From: a virus
Lineage: Duplodnaviria; Caudoviricetes
Direction: 5' to 3' (one strand)
Virus record (IMG/VR): IMGVR_UViG_3300031994_004484
Length of the DNA: 64,000 nucleotides
In this document: in pieces, positions 37,738 through 49,646 of the stretch
Layout of the letters: each line of letters starts with the position of its first letter
Position numbering within the stretch: the first letter of the stretch is position 1
The notes under the pieces: generated by a model
Told to the model about the DNA's origin: nothing
Database searches by the model: none
Seen by the model: only the letters and a program-made list of their open reading frames with translations
Program-made: the position numbers and the translations under genes

Positions 37738-37995
37738 ATGGGATGTAATTGTAAGAAAACGTCTGATGCTTCGGCCAAATATTCGGACGATGGAAAAACG
37801 CCGTTAAAGCGTTTAACCGGTTTTCCTTTGGTTTTGGGCTTCATAGGCAAGCTTTTCATATCAATTTTGGCGTTTGGGCTAATTATTGTTATATTGCCGT
37901 TCTTCCTGTTGTATGTGTTTTTCTGCATTATAACAGGAAAAGGTATAAGGATTAATTTGAATAAGCTGTTCAGAATCAATGCAAAACGAAAATAA
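37738..37995 (+). CDS. Small membrane protein with MGCNCKK N-terminus
   Basis: ~38 aa mostly hydrophobic stretch and basic C-terminus. Confidence 0.65.
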   Translation: MGCNCKKTSDASAKYSDDGKTPLKRLTGFPLVLGFIGKLFISILAFGLIIVILPFFLLYVFFCIITGKGIRINLNKLFRINAKRK

Positions 37996-40900
37996 CTCAT
38001 ACAGAATAAGGACTGAAGTCGGAAATAACGCGCCGAACGTTTTGAACGTGAAGCTCAACCAATCGTTTGAGTTTCTCAACATATTGTCCTTGAAGATAGG
38101 ACAGGAAAACCTTTATAAGGTTCCGGCAGCACCGTACGGTGTTGTTTTGGGGCGTGTTTTAGCGAATCAGGCATACGGAATAGAAAACGCCAAAGTTTCC
38201 ATATTCATACCGAAAGACGAAACGGTATTCGAGGTCAAGGACGATATATTATATGCATATTCCTCAACAACATCATTGAATTATGACGGGGTGAGATACA
38301 ATCTATTACCATCATATGTTGATGAAGCGTGTCATCAAAATGTCGGAACAATGTTCGAGAAAGAATATGTTTTGGACAACAATGATGTAATCAGGATATT
38401 CGACAAATATTACACTTATACAACAAGAACAAACAGTTCGGGAGATTATTTCATTTATGGTGTACCTGTTGGTCAGCATACACTGCATGTTGATGTTGAC
38501 CTTTCCGATATAGGTAAACTTTCAGTTCGCCCGCATGATATGATAGGTCAAGGCTATAACATTGGTATGTTTGAAAGCCCGAACAAGTTCAAAGCGGACA
38601 AGAATCTGAACATGCTTCCTCAAATAAAGTCGCAGGACAAGCCGATACAGGTATATCCGTTTTGGGGTGACACTTCAGATGATGACACAAACGCTATGAT
38701 AACCCGTGCGGATATAGAAATAGATTATAAGTTTGAGCCTACTGCCGTCTTTATGGGCAGTATAATATCCGACAAGGGAAGCAATTCAATTTCCCACAAA
38801 TGTGTACCTGACATAAGGACAGGTAAAATGTCCGAACTTTCAACAGGGCAAGGAAAAATAGAAATGATAAGGAAAACCTTTGACGGTAGGGTCGAGGAGT
38901 TTTCAGTGAATGGAAATCAATTGATTGACAACAACGGGGTATGGTGTTATCAGATACCAATGAACCTTGATTACGTAGGAATGGATGAGTTTGGTAACAT
39001 TGTTCCAACAGACAACCCCGAGAAAGGGCTTCCGACAAGGGCGCGTGTCAGATTCAGGGTTTCAATGGACGAAGACCCGATGGATGACAGTGCAAGAAAA
39101 CGCGCCAAGTTCCTTATTCCAAACAACCCAAGATTGACTGATGATTATCCTGAATTCAAAAAGAGCCATGAGGCTGATTACAATTTCGGAACGTTCACAA
39201 AAGAAGAAAGTTACAGGGACTTGTTTTGGAACAATGTCTATACAGTAAAGAGCTACATACCAAGATTACAGAGAAGAGGAACAGCCAATACGAAGAAATT
39301 CACGGGCATTAAGATGGTCAACCATTCAGGTGACAACAATCCGATGCCGTATAACAACCTCTCCATAAAGATGAATTTCATGTACATCTTCCTGTGTTCT
39401 GTCATGACAGTTTTGATGAATTTCATATATGTGTTGAACAATGTGCTGAGTTTTATCGGTAGGGTTTTGATTAATGCGGGTATAGCGTTGGCTACTTTTA
39501 GTTCGGGAACAACGGGTATAAATTGTAATGAAGATGATGACAATGATGAAGAAAAACCCCAAAAACCCTTATTAAAAGCCGGCGTTGATTTGGTTGTTGC
39601 AGGTATGAAGTGTGTGATAAGGATAAATAATGATATATGCAGCGAAAATGCAACGCCTGATCAGTATATTATTTTGGGAAATGAAAAAATTATTAACAAA
39701 TGGCTTCAAAAGATTGGAAAAATATGTGTTAATGAAAAACACAAAAAGGTTTATGACAGAATAAAAAGTTCCTGTGCTTTTGAAAAAATTGAAATTGGCG
39801 ATGAAGGTGAGACAGTTGACGGTTGCGCCTATTATAATATTTTAGGCGGTGAAGATGGTGTAAATGCAAGCAAACCCGAGTTTGTTATGAATTGTGTGCA
39901 AAACACTTTGGCACAGGAGAATGAAGTCACCTCATTTAATTTTCATAACGATTGGATAAACGGTGTGTTGTATGCACCGTTGTGGTACAGGAAGATTAAA
40001 CCAAGAAGGAGGGTTAGAAACACAAACCTCTCAACCAACAAAGTTGATGATTGGTGTAATGGTGAGAGTCATGTTGATTCGGCATATACGGGAAAGAAAG
40101 TCAAGAGGGTTAAGTTATGTCAAACCTGCGCCCAACAAAGGAATTTCACCCCGAGTAATGCAAACAGACAAAAGATAAATCCGATAGATAAAGTTATAGC
40201 CGAAGGTTCGGCTCCAAAAGACGGTTACAAACTTGAACGTTCGTGTTACGGTTTCAAATGTCACAGAAAGGTCACTTCTCTTATACGGGTTGATGACGGA
40301 ATAATAATCAGGAGAGAGACCAAATACGGGGAATATGTTTATTATTATAAATCGTTGGAATATGGTGAAGACAAGTTCAAAAACATATTAAACCCTTCCA
40401 AAAACGGTGAAGTTAAGTTGCTGTTCGCTACTGATTTGGTTCTTTTGGGTAGTCTTAACGATTGTGACACAAATGGAACACCACAATTCTTCAGACACCT
40501 AAACGAAACAACTTATCAGATGCCGCCTGATTTATTGTCGCTGTCATGGAATACCATTGATAATAAAGTGACAACAAACGAAATTGAAAACAACAACGAT
40601 GAATATGAAGAAATAGACAGTGGTAGTGTTGAAACCGAATTCACGGGAGCTGACTACGGAAATGTTGGTTATGATCAGTGGCATCCGGAAGGAAAAAAAG
40701 AAAAGTATAACGATTATACATACAAAGGGAGTAATGAATATAACAACGGAGGTTTGTTTTATGATTTAACATGCAGCAATTCGTTTGTTTCCCCGAAGGG
40801 TTGCGTAAACATGTCGAGGATTTGTGAGTTCGGTGTTTCATTAGACCAATCGATGAATTTGATAGGAAACGACGGAACACTTCAACATATATCACCCGAT

Positions 40901-43900
40901 GGGTTTGTTTCATATGACGAACTGTACAATATGGACGCACGTTCAATGTTTTCCACCATGAACTGCAACAACCTAAGGGAAAGACTAAACCCAAAAACGG
41001 GATATAAGGTTTACGATTTCAATTACAACTACCCCGAGAATTTTGACGGTACTCTCAAAAACCTTATGAAAGACGTTCCCGTAAATATATCGTACAGCGG
41101 AAACAAAAACCTTGAAAGAAGCAGCGATTCATATCTGAAATTCAGATACGGATTTGATAAAAACAACTTTGTTGTCGCGTTTTATGATGACGAAGATTCT
41201 GTCATAAGAAATGGTCATACAAGCGCAGGAAAAGGTGGCTATACCCTTAAAAATGTCAGGCGTTTCCCAAGATATGAAAACTCATTCTATTTCTATTTCG
41301 GATTGAAGAGCGGAAGCACTGCAATAAATCGTTTCATGGAACAGTTTTATGCTGATTGCAGAAATGATGAAGAAGGTTCTAACGCAATCAAGATAGATTA
41401 CAGACCAAACGGTTGGTGCGAGGATGGTATTGAGAACACAAGGGACGGTTACATTTCATTTGATTTGACAAACGTTGAACACCCATGTGTGATAACTTTC
41501 AATGAATTAACGGAGGGTGAAACTTTTGACAGGACATACACCGATATATATAGTTACAAACTATATATCGGAGCCTATAATGATGATTTGGAAAACGATG
41601 GTTACGAACGGTTATATGTTGATGCTGCTACACAAACAAAACAAAAACCTGAAGATGAAGCGTTTTCTGAAGATTATATAGCCCCATCATTGCCTAATGG
41701 AAGATATATTATAACCATTACGGATGTTTCAGGTGAAGAATATCGTGAGAATGCTATGTTTTCAAGAAACAAAGTCCAATTCAATACAATGGTTACACAT
41801 TTTACTTTGTCGAACGGCGAATTGGAGAACAGGTTTCCTAACACAGACGAACATTCAACGTATTATTACACCGCTTCAGACACAACACCTTCGGATAACG
41901 TAGAGTTGGTCAGGGAGATAGGTGGTTATGTTGCTATTTCAGATATAAACGGTGAATACGGCAGCATGACGGACAATTTCATAATAAGGGTAAGTTCAGG
42001 CGTTGATTTGCCCGATTACTATGGTTCCGAATATAAGGTTATAAACGGAAATGTCTCATATGGCGGCATTAAATACATATCAAACAATAACGGGGAGTAT
42101 GTTTTCGGTTTGCCGAAAGCAAATGTACAATATACTATAACCGTAACGGAATATTGCCCGCTTACCGAAACCGAATCAAGAAATTCAGTTTCGACAAAGG
42201 TTACACCTGAAGAGCCAATTCCGTTCAAGATGTTTGTAAACGGTATTGACAATACAATACTTTCCAAATTCAGAACGGGTTATATAAAAGATTCTAACGG
42301 CGTAATCAAATCCCCATATTATGGTTACAACGAGAATACGGGTGTAAGCAAAAATGAAGTGATAGGTTGGCTTGATATCGGGAAAGTTGGTGTTTCAAAA
42401 TTATTGGAGTATCCGCCAATTGAAACACTGGGAACATATTCTGGTGCTGTAAGTAATGCTGTCGAAGCGCTGAAGCCACATGATTCGGATGTCTATTCTT
42501 TCACAGATGAATACTATTTTGACGAAAGTTATGTGGACATGGAAATAGAGGTTTATGATGAACTGCCAACACCACAAGAAACCGGTTATGCAAAATATGT
42601 AAAAGTAAAAACAAATGACGATTCGTTTGATGAGACAGCTTATATATGGCAATACAGTCAATACAGTAATAATTATCAGCCGAAGTTGGATGATAACGGA
42701 AATTATGTTAGCACGCTGACATTGCAAGAATATTATGAAAGCGGGTACAGCAATTGTGTTGATGTTATAGATGCTATTAATGTAGTGATACAAAAAAGGT
42801 TAGACCTTGTATCCTCAATGTTTGATGCTTTTTGTATGTATGAAGATACAGATGGCGGAAAACCCATTTCAATAACTTACCAAACAAACGCCATTCCGGT
42901 AAAAACCCTTGTTTATTATGTACCCGATATTATTTTCACAAACAATATAAGCAACAGGGTGGACGGTGTTGTTACAGATGGAATTGGCACTCCGACTTTA
43001 GTACCTTACGGTTCATATGTCATGTTGGATGCAAACAAAGAGGAAAATACAATACAATCATTCGGATTGCCTACAATATCCAAGAGTTCAGACAACACAA
43101 AGCCTGTTTTCACAAAAATGGTTGGAAATTTATATAAAAAACCTCCGTATTGTGCTATAAAAAATCAAATGGGCATGACAGTACCTTCTGAAACAGGAAC
43201 CGTTCCGTTCGGAACCAACAGTATTGCAGGTGCTATGAGCGAAACGGAAGGTGGTATGGATTCGATGTTCGGTTTCCATATTATAGACAAACGTCCCTTC
43301 ACCAAATTAAATGTATGGCTTCCCATAAAGAATTATCCGATACACTGGCCGGATATTGATGACACAAACCCAACACCAATAAACGGCTTAAGGAAGGGTT
43401 CGTATTTTGACATGGACGGTTGTGTTTCAGGCTATCTTTACAACTGCATTTCTACATCATCAAACAGAATCGCTGAATTTTCCAAACAAGATGCCGGTAA
43501 GAATGTTAATTTTTATACAATCACAACCAAGACGGATGACATAACAGGGGTTCAAATTCCTGATGAATATGCGGTCCCGACAAAACGTCTTATGTATGGC
43601 GATGTATATCCACAAGATTATGTGTATTCATACAATGATTTTATAAAGACGGAAAATCCGTTTGAAGGTTTTGATTCGGACAGTATTGACACAGGTGGAG
43701 TAAACACCACATATCGTTATATACCATTTGATTCTGAAACAACGTTTCTTACAGTGGAAGACTCTAAGGTTTTATACCAAAAGAATCTAAACTCTTCTTC
43801 AACGTTCGGTTTACCGGAAGACACATTGGTTTATAACGGGGCTACGATAAACCCTGTTTTTACCAATATGGACGCAAAAGCCCCTAATTATATGATTTGT

Positions 43901-44527
43901 TCGGTTAAAAATCCGATATATCAGAAGGTTTATGACAATTCACCGAATCTTATCGAGAATGGTGTGAACATGACGTATGGAAACAGGTTTCTTCTTCCTC
44001 AATATCCAATAATTCCTAGTGACGAATCTGTTACAAGTGTCTTTATTGTTGGCTTTGCAAACAACGGGGAATATCGGGCAATATCACCGACATATGAAGT
44101 ATCCAAGGTTTATGTTGAAGCATATTCAAATCCTGCTGTTAATGGGTTGACCGTGAACCTTGTATACAAGGCAGACGAAGAATTCCGCGATTATTATCTG
44201 AGATATTATCCGCATGAAATAATTGTTGAATTTAGGGAAGTAATGGGACAGTACACACAAGACATATATACCCCACAATGGGATTATGAAAACAATGATT
44301 ATATTTTCCCTGACCCGGAACTTATATATTCTGATATGAAAACGGTTAAATCGGGTACATTAGAAGGAAAATACAATGAATTGTATCAGGACCCCGTTGG
44401 AAACAGGCGTGAAACATACATTTTCGAAGGGATAGGTGAGGGTAGTTATATTGACATGAAAAGTGTTGTTGTGAAGATTAAGGATGTTACGGGCATAATA
44501 AGATTGACAAAACCGTTTGAGGCGTAA
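37979..44527 (+). CDS. Large virion/baseplate protein (2182 aa)
   Basis: N-terminal carboxypeptidase-regulatory-like fold (GRV....GI.NAKVS, T.TN.SGDY.I.GVP.G); internal hydrophobic segment; Cys-rich middle. Confidence 0.75.
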   Translation: MQNENNSYRIRTEVGNNAPNVLNVKLNQSFEFLNILSLKIGQENLYKVPAAPYGVVLGRVLANQAYGIENAKVSIFIPKDETVFEVKDDILYAYSSTTSLNYDGVRYNLLPSYVDEACHQNVGTMFEKEYVLDNNDVIRIFDKYYTYTTRTNSSGDYFIYGVPVGQHTLHVDVDLSDIGKLSVRPHDMIGQGYNIGMFESPNKFKADKNLNMLPQIKSQDKPIQVYPFWGDTSDDDTNAMITRADIEIDYKFEPTAVFMGSIISDKGSNSISHKCVPDIRTGKMSELSTGQGKIEMIRKTFDGRVEEFSVNGNQLIDNNGVWCYQIPMNLDYVGMDEFGNIVPTDNPEKGLPTRARVRFRVSMDEDPMDDSARKRAKFLIPNNPRLTDDYPEFKKSHEADYNFGTFTKEESYRDLFWNNVYTVKSYIPRLQRRGTANTKKFTGIKMVNHSGDNNPMPYNNLSIKMNFMYIFLCSVMTVLMNFIYVLNNVLSFIGRVLINAGIALATFSSGTTGINCNEDDDNDEEKPQKPLLKAGVDLVVAGMKCVIRINNDICSENATPDQYIILGNEKIINKWLQKIGKICVNEKHKKVYDRIKSSCAFEKIEIGDEGETVDGCAYYNILGGEDGVNASKPEFVMNCVQNTLAQENEVTSFNFHNDWINGVLYAPLWYRKIKPRRRVRNTNLSTNKVDDWCNGESHVDSAYTGKKVKRVKLCQTCAQQRNFTPSNANRQKINPIDKVIAEGSAPKDGYKLERSCYGFKCHRKVTSLIRVDDGIIIRRETKYGEYVYYYKSLEYGEDKFKNILNPSKNGEVKLLFATDLVLLGSLNDCDTNGTPQFFRHLNETTYQMPPDLLSLSWNTIDNKVTTNEIENNNDEYEEIDSGSVETEFTGADYGNVGYDQWHPEGKKEKYNDYTYKGSNEYNNGGLFYDLTCSNSFVSPKGCVNMSRICEFGVSLDQSMNLIGNDGTLQHISPDGFVSYDELYNMDARSMFSTMNCNNLRERLNPKTGYKVYDFNYNYPENFDGTLKNLMKDVPVNISYSGNKNLERSSDSYLKFRYGFDKNNFVVAFYDDEDSVIRNGHTSAGKGGYTLKNVRRFPRYENSFYFYFGLKSGSTAINRFMEQFYADCRNDEEGSNAIKIDYRPNGWCEDGIENTRDGYISFDLTNVEHPCVITFNELTEGETFDRTYTDIYSYKLYIGAYNDDLENDGYERLYVDAATQTKQKPEDEAFSEDYIAPSLPNGRYIITITDVSGEEYRENAMFSRNKVQFNTMVTHFTLSNGELENRFPNTDEHSTYYYTASDTTPSDNVELVREIGGYVAISDINGEYGSMTDNFIIRVSSGVDLPDYYGSEYKVINGNVSYGGIKYISNNNGEYVFGLPKANVQYTITVTEYCPLTETESRNSVSTKVTPEEPIPFKMFVNGIDNTILSKFRTGYIKDSNGVIKSPYYGYNENTGVSKNEVIGWLDIGKVGVSKLLEYPPIETLGTYSGAVSNAVEALKPHDSDVYSFTDEYYFDESYVDMEIEVYDELPTPQETGYAKYVKVKTNDDSFDETAYIWQYSQYSNNYQPKLDDNGNYVSTLTLQEYYESGYSNCVDVIDAINVVIQKRLDLVSSMFDAFCMYEDTDGGKPISITYQTNAIPVKTLVYYVPDIIFTNNISNRVDGVVTDGIGTPTLVPYGSYVMLDANKEENTIQSFGLPTISKSSDNTKPVFTKMVGNLYKKPPYCAIKNQMGMTVPSETGTVPFGTNSIAGAMSETEGGMDSMFGFHIIDKRPFTKLNVWLPIKNYPIHWPDIDDTNPTPINGLRKGSYFDMDGCVSGYLYNCISTSSNRIAEFSKQDAGKNVNFYTITTKTDDITGVQIPDEYAVPTKRLMYGDVYPQDYVYSYNDFIKTENPFEGFDSDSIDTGGVNTTYRYIPFDSETTFLTVEDSKVLYQKNLNSSSTFGLPEDTLVYNGATINPVFTNMDAKAPNYMICSVKNPIYQKVYDNSPNLIENGVNMTYGNRFLLPQYPIIPSDESVTSVFIVGFANNGEYRAISPTYEVSKVYVEAYSNPAVNGLTVNLVYKADEEFRDYYLRYYPHEIIVEFREVMGQYTQDIYTPQWDYENNDYIFPDPELIYSDMKTVKSGTLEGKYNELYQDPVGNRRETYIFEGIGEGSYIDMKSVVVKIKDVTGIIRLTKPFEA

Positions 44528-47500
44528 TGAAAGAGATACGTTTAACTTCGTCGGATTCAATATCTTCAATAAACGAAGAGCAGAGTGTCAGCATAGAATT
44601 AAGACAGACAAGCAAAAAGAACACGTTGACAGATATAAGTGCTGTTGTTGATGCATATGAAACTTATCAGCGTGAATCGTCGGCTTCTACAAAGTACAGG
44701 CTGACACTTACCATAAATCCGTTCTGTACAAACGTATTGTTTAATACCTGCACAGAAATAGTGGCAAATGACGGCGCTTATGAAACAACAACACAAGGAC
44801 AGCCTGAAATAATTGTTGTTACAGACAGGGAGCCTTCAAAATTACCTTCAAATGTTTTTGCTAAAAATGTATGTGGAAGATTAAACGGTTTAAAAAGGGC
44901 CTATATGGTTGACAACACGGAATATTCGAGTGAAAATATAGGTTTCACTTACTATCCCGGTTATGATATATTTGGCAACCACAGGCTAAGAAACTTGTCG
45001 TTCAGGTCGGTAATACCGATAACAGGAGGAACATCCAACCAAAAATACAACACAATAGAGGACACGATGCGAAACATTGACGGCACTCCGGTTAAATTCG
45101 TTCCTAGGATGGATTATGGAAACACAACCTTTATAAACAAACATCTTTATGATATTTCAAATATATTGTCAATGGAAAACGGTGAATCTGTATCAGCCAA
45201 CCTAACAAACCAAAATGGTTGGTATGGCTTCTACAATAATTCATCGATAACACCAAAGAAGATTGGCAACAAGGCAGTTGTTGAGAGAGACGACAACCAT
45301 GTTATAAACAACAAGGGAAATTGTGAGTTTGTTGATATGTATCCCGACAGGACGCTTTATTCCTTCAACCCGAAAACGAATCCACACAAAAGAAGAATGG
45401 AAAAGAATTGGGATATATGGCTGACATATCCGTATGAGAATTTCTATCATCATAATTTGGTCTCAAACATATATGCAAATGACGGAACTTCAGAAGCTGA
45501 CAAGAAAGCAAACGCGCTTCTTATAATGCATGCGAAAAGTCAGATAAACAGAAACGGAATGAAGGGAATTGAATTCAGGACGTTTTGTAAGCACAATTTG
45601 TCTCCGAACGATTATGTGCAAATATATTACTCACATGATAACGGTGTGCATTACACGGCATGTTCCGATTTTTATAGGGTTTCATACATCGGTGACATGA
45701 AAAACGAAAACAAAGGCTACTACTTCGCCACGATGGATTCAAACATTTTATCTGAGGTTTTTTCGGATAAAATCATACACTATTTTTACACGGAAACCCC
45801 TATTCCACCGGTTCATTACAGAATCGTAAACGGGGACATAGATGAAATTCCACAAAATAACGATAACACCGATTCGGATTACGAGCCGAACATTTGCAGG
45901 TATTTTTATGACACTGCAACCACGCTACCGAACGTGACATGGGATTCAGAGAATACTGTTGATGAGTTTCCGCATGATGTCCAAAACGGGCCTCAATACA
46001 TACGTAAGAGAATTCCGAATGCATATCAATATTTTAAGTATGAAAACGAAACGTACAATATATTGGATAATGATTTTAATTCTGGTAGTGAAAGCTTTGG
46101 AAATGGGAATACGTTTGACGACATCCCTGTGGGATACATAAGCGACTACATAAGGGTTCATCAGTATGAATACTATGAGGCCACTTACAAGTTTTATGAA
46201 CAGAAAGAGGGTAATGTCGATGAGATTGTGAATAAAGCTTTTAAGAATGACATATCACTTCGTTTTGCCAAGATTTCAAATGGTTTGAAGTGCGAATATT
46301 ATATAAGGAAGTTCAGAAAACTCCCCAATTTTACCTATAAAAAGGAGGAAATGGATGATTCTGTAATTAAGAACCATATAAAGTTTGACGAATATGTTGA
46401 GAAAAACGCGACAAAAGACGGAAAACTTCGCAATTTTTCATGTGAGGCGTATCCTTTGGCGTTTGCAAACACAATTTACGGTGATCCGATAACACAGTAC
46501 CAGTTTGTTGACACAATGGACATCTACGGGATAAAGGACAACCTGAACAGGCCCATAACCGAAATGTACGCCACGGTGGTAAAGAAGAATGTCGGTTATG
46601 ATGACTGGTACAACAAACATAAATATTCGGATTATACAACATCAGACGGAAAGCTCCATAGGATTGAATATTCACATTGTTTCGGTAAAGTAACAAGCGG
46701 TTTTGAATTTATGGCTGATGAAACCGACGATTCAAAAGACAGGGAAAGAAAAGCCTTCTTATCTGACTCATCCCTTATAACAAACATTCCGTCCTCATGG
46801 GAGGGTATAGAAGGCGAACCGCTTGAATGGTGGGGTGATATAAACATGAAGAATGGGATTACGGAAGGTGTGCTCGAAGATGATGTTGAATTTTTCGGTG
46901 ATGTTGTTGAATACAATCCGTTCACGGTTTCCGAAACAAGTCTATCAGACGTTCATTTAAGGTTCAATACAGCCCAAAGGGAAAACGGGAGCAAAGAAGA
47001 TTACACGTTCACGTATAAAGAGCTCATTGGTGATGATTACACCGGTCAATTTGAAACAGAGGAAAAGAAAGAAGGAAGGTCGATATTATGCCCTGAGGGA
47101 TATCACTACAAAGCACATTACAATATCCCATTAAGGTCTTTTGGCAACGACATAAGACAGTCATCTCACTATTCAATGGGTGTCATATCAGCCGAGCCTG
47201 TGCAGATGGACGGTATTTTCATTAAATTGAAAACAAACCAAAAATACAATTTCGGTTCAGGCAACAATATATTCATATGCAACGATGCCGAAGGGCTGTG
47301 GTACAACAGTTCGATTGTTTCGTGTGAAGACAGTACAACATTCATAATAAATCCTATATCAAAGGATGTGGTGAAATACGAGGGTAAACCTTATTTGGAT
47401 TGGATAGAGACCTGTGAATTGATAAACGGTGGCAAACTAAGAATAAGGGTTGTGAATGAAAGCATACCTGACTATGCAAGAAACATTGGTACAAATCTTT

Positions 47501-47742
47501 TTTTGTGGAGGGATATAGTCTCTGCTTCGGAAAGTGAAAATGATGTTTTGTCAGCTTATCCTTTTGCAAATGGGGCGTTGTATATTGACAAATCAATAAA
47601 CTTCTTCCTGAAAAGACAAGACCCTGAAGGTTTGGGTAATTTGTATTACATGGGAGAAGATGGGAAGTTCCCTGACGTTGAAGGCAAAACTTTAGTTGAA
47701 TCTAATTATGAATATATCCCAGAAACAGATTTCATATGTTAA
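44527..47742 (+). CDS. Putative virion protein
   Basis: 1071 aa, translationally coupled, in the baseplate operon. Confidence 0.75.
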   Translation: MKEIRLTSSDSISSINEEQSVSIELRQTSKKNTLTDISAVVDAYETYQRESSASTKYRLTLTINPFCTNVLFNTCTEIVANDGAYETTTQGQPEIIVVTDREPSKLPSNVFAKNVCGRLNGLKRAYMVDNTEYSSENIGFTYYPGYDIFGNHRLRNLSFRSVIPITGGTSNQKYNTIEDTMRNIDGTPVKFVPRMDYGNTTFINKHLYDISNILSMENGESVSANLTNQNGWYGFYNNSSITPKKIGNKAVVERDDNHVINNKGNCEFVDMYPDRTLYSFNPKTNPHKRRMEKNWDIWLTYPYENFYHHNLVSNIYANDGTSEADKKANALLIMHAKSQINRNGMKGIEFRTFCKHNLSPNDYVQIYYSHDNGVHYTACSDFYRVSYIGDMKNENKGYYFATMDSNILSEVFSDKIIHYFYTETPIPPVHYRIVNGDIDEIPQNNDNTDSDYEPNICRYFYDTATTLPNVTWDSENTVDEFPHDVQNGPQYIRKRIPNAYQYFKYENETYNILDNDFNSGSESFGNGNTFDDIPVGYISDYIRVHQYEYYEATYKFYEQKEGNVDEIVNKAFKNDISLRFAKISNGLKCEYYIRKFRKLPNFTYKKEEMDDSVIKNHIKFDEYVEKNATKDGKLRNFSCEAYPLAFANTIYGDPITQYQFVDTMDIYGIKDNLNRPITEMYATVVKKNVGYDDWYNKHKYSDYTTSDGKLHRIEYSHCFGKVTSGFEFMADETDDSKDRERKAFLSDSSLITNIPSSWEGIEGEPLEWWGDINMKNGITEGVLEDDVEFFGDVVEYNPFTVSETSLSDVHLRFNTAQRENGSKEDYTFTYKELIGDDYTGQFETEEKKEGRSILCPEGYHYKAHYNIPLRSFGNDIRQSSHYSMGVISAEPVQMDGIFIKLKTNQKYNFGSGNNIFICNDAEGLWYNSSIVSCEDSTTFIINPISKDVVKYEGKPYLDWIETCELINGGKLRIRVVNESIPDYARNIGTNLFLWRDIVSASESENDVLSAYPFANGALYIDKSINFFLKRQDPEGLGNLYYMGEDGKFPDVEGKTLVESNYEYIPETDFIC

Positions 47743-49646
47743 AATACAGGATAAACACCAACATACAGTCAGCAAACGTTACGGAAGTCCCGCTGTTAAG
47801 ACGGGAGATTTCCGGCATTGGTGATGATGACAGGTTTGTTTCCGTCACCTGTTATTATGATGGTGACCTGAACATAAGAAAAGACAGTGTCATATATCTG
47901 AGGGAATATTACAATACACAACCATTCAGTGATAAAGAAGGGGAGATAAAACTTCTTGAGTTGAAACCGGAGATAACAGAGGCAAATATAGAATACCGTT
48001 ACTTTGTGTTTAACATGGGCAAATACTTCAACTTGTCCATATCGGCCATAGAAGCTTTCGATGAGGATAATTTGGTTAGGTTGCGTTTTATTTTTGAAAC
48101 GCCGCATTATTTCAGAGAAATCGATGATGAAATCGGTTTCTATATTGATTTTTATGACAGTGAAGGGAACATGTATGAGAAATATTTCGACGGATGTGAG
48201 ATAGAGGACGAATATTCTTTGATATGGTCATACGACAGTACAAGCTCGTTTATGGATTTGTTCATGTGTACCGTATTCAATAAAGACACGTATACTTTTG
48301 TCGGATATGAAGGAAACGAAAACTCTGTTTTAGTTGATGAAATACCCTCGATCGCTTGTTTTACAGACGAAGTCTATCTAAAAAAGAAAGTTACCTCCGA
48401 TTGTGATGACACTTATGAATATTATGAAAAGGAGTGCAACAACGGAGACATATCTTCTTTAATAACATTCAGGGAACAGTTTCTTACTGATTATGATGTG
48501 TATATGGAAACGGGTGACATACGAATTACGTTACCACTTTCGCAAATGCATGACACTTTGTTGTTAAACGAGGATATTGTCATGAACAAATATGTTCAAG
48601 ATGAAATCCTTTTATCGACAAACACTTCGCCTGAAATGGAAAAATATGTATATCACCCTGTTTTTATCAAAAAAGCTAAAAATTTTGAAACCGAGGACAT
48701 TTACAAAATAAAATTCAACCTTCATTTCAGACAGCACAGAGGCGACGATTGGAAAGCTGAAGACAACACGTTTTGGAATGGTGTTGACAATGAGACAAAG
48801 GAATTGGAGAAAAGGCTTGACGCCGCGTATGGAAAGAAATTTTTCACATATTATGACAAAAGCAAACAATCAGACTTATTGTCATATCTCGGGTTCACAA
48901 ACAATGATGTAAAATTCCAAAAGAACAAGTTGAAAAAATCCTTTTTGAGACTGATGTGGTATGATTCAGACATTTCCACCCGCCAAAATCTGCTTTATTA
49001 CGCAAACGTATATCTTGACGGAGGTAAATTGTTTCTGAAATATATGAACAACAGTTCAACTGAAGGTTATGTTCTTCCAAATATGGAAAAAAAGGTTGTT
49101 TTCACAGGCGCAAGGGTAAATATGGAATACGCCCCGGAAGGTTTTGTCAATATGACCGATGACGAAATAGAGGAACACAGGCTTTCCTCACAGGTTTCAA
49201 TAACAAACATATATGATTCAGAATCATCAAGCGAAGGGTACAATCTATATCTTTGGGCTGATAGTGAGAAAAGGGAAATGCCTGACGACATATATCTTAA
49301 AATAGAATTCAATCATGCCGGTTATGGCAGGACAATACCTTTTTTCATGCCGTATTTTGACTACGAGAAAGAAGGTAAATATGGAATAAAGACGTTTGAG
49401 GAGATAATGTATGATTGGAGGGTCGGAAACGGTTACGGAATAAGGAAATTCAACAAATACAGCTATATACACTTCAAATGCCATTATGACAAGGAAAATG
49501 ACAGAAGGGTTTATTATTTGGACCCCGAAACATATGGGGATTGGGCTTTTTATGGAAACAAGACCAACGATGACTCTTCCCCGAACGAATTGGAAATAAA
49601 CCTCTACGAAGGCAAAGTAACATTTCTAAACGAAAACGACGAATGA
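47736..49646 (+). CDS. Putative virion protein
   Basis: 636 aa, overlaps its neighbours in the operon. Confidence 0.75.
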   Translation: MLKYRINTNIQSANVTEVPLLRREISGIGDDDRFVSVTCYYDGDLNIRKDSVIYLREYYNTQPFSDKEGEIKLLELKPEITEANIEYRYFVFNMGKYFNLSISAIEAFDEDNLVRLRFIFETPHYFREIDDEIGFYIDFYDSEGNMYEKYFDGCEIEDEYSLIWSYDSTSSFMDLFMCTVFNKDTYTFVGYEGNENSVLVDEIPSIACFTDEVYLKKKVTSDCDDTYEYYEKECNNGDISSLITFREQFLTDYDVYMETGDIRITLPLSQMHDTLLLNEDIVMNKYVQDEILLSTNTSPEMEKYVYHPVFIKKAKNFETEDIYKIKFNLHFRQHRGDDWKAEDNTFWNGVDNETKELEKRLDAAYGKKFFTYYDKSKQSDLLSYLGFTNNDVKFQKNKLKKSFLRLMWYDSDISTRQNLLYYANVYLDGGKLFLKYMNNSSTEGYVLPNMEKKVVFTGARVNMEYAPEGFVNMTDDEIEEHRLSSQVSITNIYDSESSSEGYNLYLWADSEKREMPDDIYLKIEFNHAGYGRTIPFFMPYFDYEKEGKYGIKTFEEIMYDWRVGNGYGIRKFNKYSYIHFKCHYDKENDRRVYYLDPETYGDWAFYGNKTNDDSSPNELEINLYEGKVTFLNENDE

